From positions 1-64,000 of the forward strand of contig JAJPCT020000026.1 of assembly GCA_021323375.2 (NCBI GenBank): 64,000 nucleotides of DNA. The letters run 5' to 3'. The position numbers were made by a program, and so were the translations under genes. Below are positions 1 to 8,158 of this stretch, piece by piece; position 1 is the first letter of the stretch; the number at the start of each line of letters is the position of its first letter. Under the pieces are notes generated by a model. It was not told the DNA's origin, made no database searches, and worked only from the letters and a program-made list of their open reading frames with translations. The stretch is from Candidatus Wolframiiraptor gerlachensis. GTDB taxonomy: Archaea > Thermoproteota > Nitrososphaeria_A > Caldarchaeales > Wolframiiraptoraceae.

Positions 1-117
1 CATTTCCTCCAAGAACCGAAGAAGGTTCTTAATCTTTTCTTCAACATCTCTGGCATCAGCATCATCCAAAATATGTTCGTTCCGGTATTTCTCAAGGAAG
101 ATTGGAACCTTCTCCAA

Positions 118-453
118 ATTAAGCTTCAAAAGGTAGGCGGGATATATTACGGGGTTAAGGCTGCTCGAATGGCTTATGAAGCTGGGATTAAATTGATGGT
201 TGGATGCAATGAGGAGACGCATATAGCGATTTCAGCGGGAATACATTATGCATCTGCGATGCTTGGCGTCGTTAATGTTGACTTAGATAGTGATTTGCTA
301 CTTTTCGACATGAACATAACTAGGGAGGATCCTCTTGAGACATTTGTTCTCGGAATGAGGATTCCTAGAATGAAGCCGGGCTTAGGTATTGAGCTGGCGG
401 ATTGGTTTAAAGCATTTGTAAATGAGAAAATAGTTCTCCAGAAGATAATCTAA
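118..453 (+). CDS. C-terminal part of an enolase-superfamily (mandelate racemase/muconate lactonizing, dipeptide epimerase-like) enzyme; 5' part missing
   Basis: IKLQKVGG, KLMVGCNEET, DLDSDL and PGLG motifs of the MR/MLE C-terminal barrel; sequence before ~118 does not continue the family pattern. Confidence 0.7.
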   Translation: MKLQKVGGIYYGVKAARMAYEAGIKLMVGCNEETHIAISAGIHYASAMLGVVNVDLDSDLLLFDMNITREDPLETFVLGMRIPRMKPGLGIELADWFKAFVNEKIVLQKII

Positions 454-495
454 TCGTTGGGTTTTGTCATCTTTACGTAACATAGCTAATAGAGA

Positions 496-1860
496 CTAAT
501 AGAGATATTTGTCTTTCCACATCTCCACCTCTTGGACTGAGCGCTTTACGTCGCTGAAGAGCTTGACTGCCTTCTCCACATCCTCGGGTGTAATCTCCTC
601 CCTCCCATTTTCTCGAGCTATTATCTGGCTTGGCGTCAGGAGCTGGACAGCATATCGGAGTGTTGATTGCTCTCCTATGTCGGTGAGCTTTTCTAGGGCT
701 TCTGGGCTTAGCTTGACCCTTTCCTCGGCTGCTCGGATCTCTAGGATCTTCTTGATCTCATCCCTTGTATACGGCCTCGTCGTGATTATCAGCATTTTAT
801 CGAGGAGGTCGAGTGGGATGCCGTGCGGGGAGACCATATCCGTCCCCCTTATCCTTGTCATGCCCCTATTTGTGGCGAGGATTATTATCGGCGCGAGCTC
901 GCTCTCCATCGCGGCATTCAGGAACGAGAACGCCTCGATATCCAAGAGATGAACCTCGTCTATGAACAATACGCCCGGTATTATCTCGGCGGTTCCCTCC
1001 TCAACCCTCTTCTTCACCATCTCATCCACCTCTCTCCTAATCTCGTTGTCTATCTCCTTGGTTGGCGGCGCGCCGAGAAGGAGGCTGAATAGCCCACCAC
1101 TCCTAGACTGCGCACTGATCTGATCTAGGTCATGGAGCGTGAGGACATAGATGAACTCCTTCTCCTTCTCAACCGGCCCTCCCGGCCTAGGCACAGGCCT
1201 CTCATCCACAGTGGCTAGGTCATATTTCTCGGCAGCCTCCTCCGATCCTCCAATCCTCGTAACCCTGCCCGTCTCCGCGTCAATCGTTATTACATCCCCG
1301 ACGGTAATTCCCTGCGACAATATGTAGGAGGCTATGGTTGCTCCAGCCCTGAAAATTCTCCGATCATCCCTAGTCGCGAGGCCTATGACGACGTGATCCG
1401 GGATCTCCTGATACGGGTTATAGGGATGCCTCCGTGTCTTCACCTCGAGCTGAATAACCTCACCCTCGTAAACCCTCCTCTTCTCCCTCAACCTGACACC
1501 TATCGCCTTCCTCATCGCCTGAGTCAGGATCTCCGTCTTCTTCAGCTCCGAGGAATAGATCTCGGAGCCGCTAAGGGTTACAAATGGTACATCCCTGCCG
1601 AGCTCCCGGGCTATAGCGCATGCTATCGCCGTCTTTCCCGTTCCAGGCGGGCCGGCGAAGAGGACGGCCCTTCCAGCCATCTTACCCTCCCTGATCATCC
1701 GGACTATGATGCCTGCGGCCTCCCTGGCCTCAACCTGCCCCACGAGTCCTCCCCCAACAGGCTTTGCCTTAAGCCCCTCAAGCCCGAGCCCCTTAATGTG
1801 GCTATGCGCTCCCACCCTTAGAAATCTCTCTCCAGAGTAGCCTGTTATATCCTCGAGCAT
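496..1860 (-). CDS. tip49: TIP49/RuvB-like AAA+ ATPase (TBP-interacting protein)
   Basis: AHSHIKGLGL N-terminus, Walker A GPPGTGKT, Walker B LFIDEVH, SPHGIPLDLLD. Confidence 0.95.
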   Translation of the reverse strand: MLEDITGYSGERFLRVGAHSHIKGLGLEGLKAKPVGGGLVGQVEAREAAGIIVRMIREGKMAGRAVLFAGPPGTGKTAIACAIARELGRDVPFVTLSGSEIYSSELKKTEILTQAMRKAIGVRLREKRRVYEGEVIQLEVKTRRHPYNPYQEIPDHVVIGLATRDDRRIFRAGATIASYILSQGITVGDVITIDAETGRVTRIGGSEEAAEKYDLATVDERPVPRPGGPVEKEKEFIYVLTLHDLDQISAQSRSGGLFSLLLGAPPTKEIDNEIRREVDEMVKKRVEEGTAEIIPGVLFIDEVHLLDIEAFSFLNAAMESELAPIIILATNRGMTRIRGTDMVSPHGIPLDLLDKMLIITTRPYTRDEIKKILEIRAAEERVKLSPEALEKLTDIGEQSTLRYAVQLLTPSQIIARENGREEITPEDVEKAVKLFSDVKRSVQEVEMWKDKYLY

Positions 1861-1952
1861 ATCCAGAAGAGTTGGAGAAGAGCGAGAATAAAGGGCTTTA
1901 CACCATCCCTTAAGAATCGTTTATTAGCTGGATTTTTCTCCGTCTTAGCGGA

Positions 1953-2336
1953 ATGGTCCAGTGGCACTGGGATCTGCATAAGCGGAAGCCGACCGGCGGA
2001 AAGCGGAGACCCTATAGGAAGAAGCGGAGGTATGAGCGTGGAGAAGATCCGGTTTACACGATTCTGGGCGAGCGCAAGCTTAAGGAGAAGAGGGCTAGGG
2101 GCGGAAACGTGAAATACGCATTAATGGCGGATCTCTATGCGAACGTAACCGATCCTGAAAAGAAGATCTCGAGGAAGGTTAAGATATTGAGAGTTGTCGC
2201 TAATCCGGCCAACAAGGATCTAGAGAGGAGGGGAGTCATAACAAGGGGCGCGGTGATAGAGACCGAGCTCGGCAGAGCGGTTGTAACATCTAGGCCTGGA
2301 CAAGATGGAGTCATAAATGCGATCCTAGTTAAGTAG
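1953..2336 (+). CDS. rps8e: 30S ribosomal protein S8e
   Basis: RKPTGGKR N-terminus and VTSRPGQDGVINAIL C-terminus. Confidence 0.97.
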   Translation: MVQWHWDLHKRKPTGGKRRPYRKKRRYERGEDPVYTILGERKLKEKRARGGNVKYALMADLYANVTDPEKKISRKVKILRVVANPANKDLERRGVITRGAVIETELGRAVVTSRPGQDGVINAILVK

Positions 2337-2350
2337 GGTGCGATAACAAC

Positions 2351-2641
2351 TTGTTAAAGAAGAGGGGGTATGTTATCTGGCCCATATATTTCGATGCCTC
2401 GGTCAGTAGGTCTCTTTGTAGGCGGGTTCCTCTCAGCCTTTCCATGAGAAATCCTAGGGCTGAGCAGATCGCGGAGGCGGCTAGAAGGCTTGGCTGGTCT
2501 GCTGTGATTGAGCCTGGAGGCCATCCAGCCTTCTGGTGGAGGAAGACCGGCAAGGTTATAGTGAATCCCGGGAAGCCCATGAAGAAGAGCGAGGTGATAA
2601 AGGTACTAGCAAAGGCCATGAAATCCGGTGAGGCTCGATGA
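2351..2641 (+). CDS. srp19: Signal recognition particle protein SRP19
   Basis: VIWPIYFDASVSRSLCRRVP motif, HPAFWW; usual position after rps8e. Confidence 0.92.
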   Translation: MLKKRGYVIWPIYFDASVSRSLCRRVPLSLSMRNPRAEQIAEAARRLGWSAVIEPGGHPAFWWRKTGKVIVNPGKPMKKSEVIKVLAKAMKSGEAR

Positions 2642-2913
2642 GCCGCGAGACCAAGAAGCTGAAGAGGCTTGGAAAGGTCTGGGGAAGGGTTGAGGGGAGC
2701 CTAGTGGTCGAGGCCGAGCTTCTACCAGAGCTTGGCGAGAAGATCTATGACTCGCGGCTGAGGGAGGTTGGAAGGGTTGTGAGCGTCCTCGGGCCCGTCA
2801 ACCACTTCTTTGTAGAAGTGATGGGCGGGAACCTGGATTACGAGGAGGGAACACCTCTTTATGTGCTCCGGGAGAATCGGGGGAAGCGGGATACCGGGCG
2901 CAGATCCAAGTAA
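2638..2913 (+). CDS. gar1: H/ACA RNP protein Gar1/Naf1 family
   Basis: P-LGEKIYD..LREVGRVVSVLGPV..FFVEV; conserved srp19-gar1-tfb context. Confidence 0.8.
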   Translation: MSRETKKLKRLGKVWGRVEGSLVVEAELLPELGEKIYDSRLREVGRVVSVLGPVNHFFVEVMGGNLDYEEGTPLYVLRENRGKRDTGRRSK

Positions 2914-2992
2914 TACGCGGAGAGCCGAAGCAAGCTGGCCATATCATCCTCTTTATTAGATCTCGGCCTAGGTCTTCGCCAGAAAGGACCGC

Positions 2993-3826
2993 ATGAATGA
3001 GGTATGCCCGGTCTGTGGAGGGCGGTTGATGGAGGATGAGTTCTCGGGCGAGCTTGTGTGCTCGAGATGCGGCGCCGTTGTGGGGGCCCTCCCTTACCGC
3101 GGCCCTGAGTGGAGGGCTTATGGCGATGGTGATAGGCTTAGGAGGGAGAGGGCTGGAGCACCGCTGACACCGCTGATCCATGATCTCGGCCTCTCCACAC
3201 ACTCACCAGTAGAAAGGGGTTTGAGGGGATGGGAGGAGCGCAGGCTTGTTATGATCCTCTCGGAGATCTATCGCCTGAGCACAAGTATGGGCTTACCGAG
3301 GGCCGTTGCTGAGACCGGGGCCCTTCTCCTGAGAAGGCTGAGGTCTAGGCTTGCAGAATACTCGAGGGAGATCAACATGCTCCCCCTAGCACTCTTACAT
3401 CTCGCGATCAGGGTTCATGACCTGCCAATTGGAGCAGGAGACTTGGCTGAGGCCTCTGGGCTGGACCCGGCATCTATCAGGAGTCTTTCCATGCGGCTCG
3501 CCAACGCGCTTGGAGTAAAGGCGCTAGAGAGTGTAGAGGCGTGTATTGCTAGGCTCATCGGGGCGCTGAGTCTCCCGGGGGAAGTGGAGGAGTATGCCTG
3601 CAGGATCTGCGAGCTGGCGATCAAGGCCGGGTTGTCCCAAGGGAGGAGTAGAAGGGCTCTTGCAGCAGCAGCCGTATACCTCGCTGCTAGAAGCCTCGGC
3701 TACAGAGTCTCTCAAAGGCGCGTCGCAGGCCTCGCCAAGATAAGCTTAGCCACTCTTAGGAGGAGATTGGGGGAGATGGGCCGATTATGCGCCGAACAGC
3801 AAAAATGGGAGAAGGGGAGAGGGTAG
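2993..3826 (+). CDS. tfb: Transcription initiation factor IIB family protein (divergent TFB)
   Basis: Zn ribbon CPVCGG..GELVCSRCG, B-reader GPEWRAY, HDLGLST, cyclin repeat GRSRRALAAAAVYLA. Confidence 0.88.
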   Translation: MNEVCPVCGGRLMEDEFSGELVCSRCGAVVGALPYRGPEWRAYGDGDRLRRERAGAPLTPLIHDLGLSTHSPVERGLRGWEERRLVMILSEIYRLSTSMGLPRAVAETGALLLRRLRSRLAEYSREINMLPLALLHLAIRVHDLPIGAGDLAEASGLDPASIRSLSMRLANALGVKALESVEACIARLIGALSLPGEVEEYACRICELAIKAGLSQGRSRRALAAAAVYLAARSLGYRVSQRRVAGLAKISLATLRRRLGEMGRLCAEQQKWEKGRG

Positions 3827-3829
3827 GTC

Positions 3830-3985
3830 AGCCAGACACGACGCCCCTAACATGACATCTTTGCGGGTTGCCCGCCTTAGAAGTTGGGGCTTCCGGCGTT
3901 TGGCTGGAGCTTCACGCCCTCAGCCTCATCTGCCGGTTCGGGGGACCCGCAGCTCCCCCATCCCGCAGAGCATATTGCCCTGCGG
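3830..3985 (-). ncRNA. Putative TnpB omegaRNA scaffold / eroded IS605 right end overlapping the tnpB 3' end
   Basis: GC-rich low-information tnpB tail ending GAAGCCCCAACTTC, hairpin GCGGG-CAA-CCCGC, and GCCCC-AAC pairing with GTT-A-GGGGC; TnpB omegaRNAs are known to arise from this position. Confidence 0.55.
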
Positions 3986-5148
3986 GCTATATTTATGGCC
4001 GCGTTCAAGTCTCTATCATATTCCATGCCGCATCTCTCGCATCTGAATACTCCTCCTCCCTTAATGTTGCGGGCAACATGCCCGCAACGGTGGCATGTCC
4101 TAGAAGTATTCTTGACCAATCTCCTTGGCAGATAGACCACGTTTATCCCGTCGAGGAGAGCCTTACACTCTATATACGTCTGCAGCCTCCTGAATGGCAG
4201 GCTATGGAAGCGCCTGTTAAGCCTCCTGCCCCTATCGAAGTTGTCTCTTATCCCCGTAAGATCCTCCATCACTATCACCGGTCTTGGGAATTGTCTGGCA
4301 TAGGCTATTATCTGATTGGCTATCTTATGTAGCTCCTGCTCCACTTTACGCCTCTCCCTGCCCCTAAGCCTCTTAACCTTTCCCAGCAATCTCTTCTTCT
4401 GCAGGCTCCTCCTAACATGGCCATAGAGTCCTCGAATCCTCTTTACCTCGGCGCCCCTCCAGAACTGCCCCCTCATGGGCTTGCCTGGATTATTTACTGA
4501 TATCGCCACGGCCACGGCTAGGTTCCGCTCACCCACATCCACCGCTACTATCGTCTCGGGCTTATCCACAACCTCAACAGCCTTCTCAAGAACAAAATGC
4601 GCATACCACTCACCATCCCGCTTAACCATCTCAACCGCTGTAAACCTCCATTCCCCTCTTAGGGCCTCTTCAATCCTCTGCCTCTGCTTTTCACCAAAAA
4701 CTATTGGCAGGTTAATCCTTTCTTCCTTGTTTAGGCTCAGCGTCAGCCAGTAGGGCGTCAGAACATTCCCAGTCTTAGAGAACCTATAGCACCTTCTATC
4801 GAAACGCATGGACACACTCTTAATCCTCGGCCTATCGGCCTCAACCTTACCCCTTCTCTTCAGTCTCTTGAAGCTCCTCAGGATTTCAACGGCCTTATCC
4901 CTCGCGGTCTGGATCAGGGCGGCATTCAGGTTAAAGAGCTCTCTAGCCCTCTCATAGCAATTCTTATGCAGAAACACCTTTGACGTGGAGTCGAAGCCAA
5001 GATACCATCTCACAAGCCTAAGATACTCGTCAAGAGCCTTATTCAAAGCCAGTATCTTGCCCCTATTCGCCTCGAAAACCTTCCCAACAACAGTTACCCT
5101 GACCTCTCTCCGTGAGGCAAGCTTAATAACGGCTGGCGGCATCCTCAC
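3877..5148 (-). mobile_element. tnpB: IS200/IS605-family RNA-guided endonuclease TnpB (no tnpA nearby)
   Basis: RuvC-I AVDVG, RuvC-II VMEDL, Zn finger CHRC..CERC, RuvC-III DRDLNAAINIA. Confidence 0.93.
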
Positions 5149-5160
5149 TCCACCTCCAGA

Positions 5161-5700
5161 TCAGCTCCCAATGATGTCGAGGACATCCTGCTCTCCCCAC
5201 CAGCTAATTGCCTCATCTAACAGCTCGTATATCTCCGCCCTCAGCCTCTCCATCAACATATTACCAAACCACCTGGCGTAGAACCGGCAGAACTCGAAGA
5301 CATAGTTCCTAATCTTTCCATAGTCCATCAGCTTAACCCTGAAATCCCTCCTCAGATCAGCCAAGAGATCCAGAAATCCGTCAACACAGTCTATGAGACT
5401 CTTAAGGTCTTGGAGCGCGCCGGGGCCGAGCCCCGCGAACGCGCCGCCATACAGATCCTCAACGCCCCTCAACAACCTCCTAAACCCCTCCTCCCCCATA
5501 GAATATTGCTGGAATAAATCCCTCCTCGGCCACCCACATTCAAGCATCGCCAGCAATAGTGGCGCCATCAACGACATGGCGATCCACCATAGTAGTGGGT
5601 CTATGATCCCCGCTGGAAGCCCCAAGAAAAGTAGGTAGGAGTATAGCGCTAGGCAGGCGACAAATAACAAGTAATAGAGCCTCTTGCAGTAGCAAGTCAA
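5161..5700 (-). CDS. Hypothetical protein directly upstream of tnpB (helical C-terminal domain; alternative start ATG 5499)
   Basis: Open ORF ending 12 nt before the tnpB ORF start, with GGAGGTG SD-like motif in the gap; hydrophobic N-terminal ~55 aa may not be part of the real protein. Confidence 0.55.
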   Translation of the reverse strand: MTCYCKRLYYLLFVACLALYSYLLFLGLPAGIIDPLLWWIAMSLMAPLLLAMLECGWPRRDLFQQYSMGEEGFRRLLRGVEDLYGGAFAGLGPGALQDLKSLIDCVDGFLDLLADLRRDFRVKLMDYGKIRNYVFEFCRFYARWFGNMLMERLRAEIYELLDEAISWWGEQDVLDIIGS

Positions 5701-5708
5701 GAAAGGTC

Positions 5709-5897
5709 ATGATAAGCTGGTTTAGGAGTAATGAGGATGGATATGTTGAGGTCTATGAGATCGGGGATGAGGAGTTTGAGAGAAGTCTTGAGGAGATCTC
5801 GCCAGATAATGACCCGGATGCATGGCGCGATCTAGCGTATCTCGTGAGAGAAAAGGGCAGGATAGAACCACACTACACAATAACGGTCTATGAGTGA
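5709..5897 (+). CDS. Small acidic hypothetical protein
   Basis: 62-aa ORF overlapping the next start codon (ATGAGTGA), typical of coupled genes. Confidence 0.45.
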   Translation: MISWFRSNEDGYVEVYEIGDEEFERSLEEISPDNDPDAWRDLAYLVREKGRIEPHYTITVYE

Positions 5898-6260
5898 GGT
5901 GATGAGGATGAGGGGGAGGCATGTATGCGTGTGTGGAGAGCCTGCTGAGAGGAGTATCCCGAGGGGTATAGACGGCCTATTCGTTAAGGGCGGGTCAGAG
6001 GAGTATGAGATGGTATGCGGGGAGTGTTATAGGCGGATAAGGAGGCTTGGGAGGAGGTTTAGGCCCAGCTTCTGGGGGATACGTATTAGTTACAGTAGTC
6101 TATGATCCCGGGTCTAGGATCTTCACTATCTGGGCTTTTAATGAGTATGGGGATTCGGCATATCTCCGGGAGGATATGAGGGAGTAGGAGCTTTGTCAAG
6201 AGTATCTGGGCTGGGGAGATCGTAATCCTAGAAGGGGATAAAGTGGTGGGAGTGATCTAG
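5890..6260 (+). pseudogene. Frameshifted Zn-finger-containing hypothetical gene
   Basis: CVCG...CGEC N-half; shifting frame at the G-run ~6075 and again ~6185 gives a continuous protein-like read YVLVTVVYDPGSRIFTIWAFNEYGDSAYLREDMRE/RSFVKSIWAGEIVILEGDKVVGVI*. Confidence 0.55.
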
Positions 6261-6273
6261 CGGGAAGGGGGCT

Positions 6274-6537
6274 GTGTTAGGGTTTATGGATCTGAGGGGG
6301 ATGCGTGAGCTGGAGGAGGAGATTGGGAGGCTCTGGGTCGAGCTTCCCCGGGAGCGCCGGGAGAGCAGGCATGATATTAGGCATGTTAATAAGAAATATG
6401 TTCTTGATCCGGGTGGGGAGATTCAGGTATGGTATTGCCGGGATAGGGATAATGAGATGTTTATAGTCCTCCTCTTCAGGTGGACGCCATACTACTATGA
6501 GTGGGGTGAGGGGGAGGAGGCTTGGAGGATAGCGTAA
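6274..6537 (+). CDS. Hypothetical protein (aromatic-rich C-terminus)
   Basis: 87-aa ORF with purine-rich coding-like composition. Confidence 0.5.
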   Translation: MLGFMDLRGMRELEEEIGRLWVELPRERRESRHDIRHVNKKYVLDPGGEIQVWYCRDRDNEMFIVLLFRWTPYYYEWGEGEEAWRIA

Positions 6538-6659
6538 CGGCTCGCCGCGCGCGAAAGGCTGTTAAACCGCCTCACCCACCATACTAAGCGGATAAGCCGC
6601 CTCGACCTGCCAACCCCCTCTTTTAATTTCTACACCCCAGGGCTCATAGCTCTTACAAG

Positions 6660-7023
6660 GAGGAAACTGGAAGAAAGGGCTAGAGGATATGCGGTCATAG
6701 TAAATGGAAGAATTGTTAAGGTGATATGCGAGGAGTGTAGAAAACAGTTCTGGGGTGGGCTTGATGAGCGTAGAGGTTATGAGGATTCTAGGAGGGTATG
6801 GGAAATAGAGGGCCGAGATTCTCAATACCTATTGTCTTGATAGCGGGAAGGCGACCAAGCTAAGTAGGAAAATCGTGGATAAGCTGAAGAGGATGGGTCG
6901 TATTGGAGATCCGGGATGATATCATATCGAGGAAAACATCTATCTCATAGACCCGTAGGCCGTGTTATCGCTGTTGAGAAGTCGAGCGATGGTTATGAAG
7001 GTCAATGGAAACGGTGGGATTAA
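6660..7023 (+). pseudogene. Decayed ORF remnants
   Basis: Start-less fragment ...KVICEECRKQFWG, then an overlapping frame MSVEVMRILGGYGK*RAEILNTYCLDSG...DPG*YHIEENIYLIDP* with in-frame stops. Confidence 0.4.
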
Positions 7024-7082
7024 AGAGACTCAACATCTTTATAAGATGGGTGTGGGTATATGTTGTCTTTGGGTGTCTCTTC

Positions 7083-7508
7083 TTGCCCCAGAAGCTTAGC
7101 AAGCTTGAGGAGAAGGCTATAGCGCTTTTGCTAAAGTATCAGGATAAGGGTCTTCTCCAGTCAGAGCTCTGGCATAAGCTCGGCGTGACCAGTAGGGAGG
7201 GCTCTAGAATAGCGATCAGGCTTGAGAAGAAGGGGATGGTGAAGAGGGTTAAGGAATTCGCGAGGGATAGGTGGACGAGGAGGCTTGTCCCGCTTATCAG
7301 GAGGGTGACGATAGAGCCGATTAAAGGCGCACCCTGCCTAGCATGTGAGCAGGAACACGTCTGCGGGGAGGGCGGCGTCATATCGCCGAAGAACTGCCCG
7401 AAGCTGGAGAAGTGGGTGATTGAGTCATTCGCCGTCAAGAGCGAGGCTCAAGCACAGACGGCTCAAGCCGAGAATATTCGGGAGCGGAGCGTTGAGGCTA
7501 AGTCCTAG
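7083..7508 (+). CDS. Archaeal RPC34/C39 homologue (TFE beta subunit): winged helix plus C-terminal Cys/Fe-S domain
   Basis: wHTH GLLQSELWHKLGVTSREGSRIAIRLEKKG plus PCLAC...C..GGVISP.NC..L..W; likely TTG start at 7083. Confidence 0.8.
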   Translation: MPQKLSKLEEKAIALLLKYQDKGLLQSELWHKLGVTSREGSRIAIRLEKKGMVKRVKEFARDRWTRRLVPLIRRVTIEPIKGAPCLACEQEHVCGEGGVISPKNCPKLEKWVIESFAVKSEAQAQTAQAENIRERSVEAKS

Positions 7509-8119
7509 AAGCGCTTACCCATAGCTATGAAGTAGAACTCTGAGCTCGTCTTTCTCTTAGCTCGAGGCACAAACCTCTTCACGACTGCGTAGTCTCTTTT
7601 AAGCTTCTCCGCCAGCTCCACGGCCTCCTCGCTATCAAATGCCTTCAGCATCAGGGAGCCATCACGCCTAACCAGACTCCCAGCTATCTCATAAGATCTC
7701 AGGGCGAGCTCATACTGCCTGACAATATCTATCTCCCTTATCCCCGTGAAAGATGGCGAAGCATCGGAAATCAGAAGATCTGCACGCCTCCCATCCAAGA
7801 CTCTTAAAACCTCCCCGACAACATCATCCTCCAAGATATTGAGCTGGAGTGTTATGATATTCTCCTCCTCGAAGGGCTTGAACCTCTTCACGTCCACGGC
7901 AACTACTAGGCCCTCCGGGCCCACGATTCTAGAGGCGGCCTGCGCCATGCCACCGGGCCAGGCCCCAAGCTCCACGACTATATCCCCCCTCTTTAGGAGC
8001 CCAAATCTTCTCTGAGCCTCCTCGAGCTTGTAGGCCGCCCTAGACCTATAACCCTCCTCCCTCGCCCTCCGCCTGTATGGATCCCTCTTAGCCTCCTCAA
8101 CCCATCTCCGGGTAGGCAT
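7505..8119 (-). CDS. rlmE: 23S rRNA 2'-O-methyltransferase RlmE/FtsJ family
   Basis: YRSRAAYKL, ELGAWPGG, LISDASP, SSEFY. Confidence 0.92.
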   Translation of the reverse strand: MPTRRWVEEAKRDPYRRRAREEGYRSRAAYKLEEAQRRFGLLKRGDIVVELGAWPGGMAQAASRIVGPEGLVVAVDVKRFKPFEEENIITLQLNILEDDVVGEVLRVLDGRRADLLISDASPSFTGIREIDIVRQYELALRSYEIAGSLVRRDGSLMLKAFDSEEAVELAEKLKRDYAVVKRFVPRAKRKTSSEFYFIAMGKRF

Positions 8120-8158
8120 TCCCTCCGGCCAACATAATCATCTGGATTTGGATCCTTT

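Noticed and set aside
6562-6825. 87-aa minus-strand ORF
   Set aside because: The plus strand shows the more coding-like, decayed frames; likely a shadow
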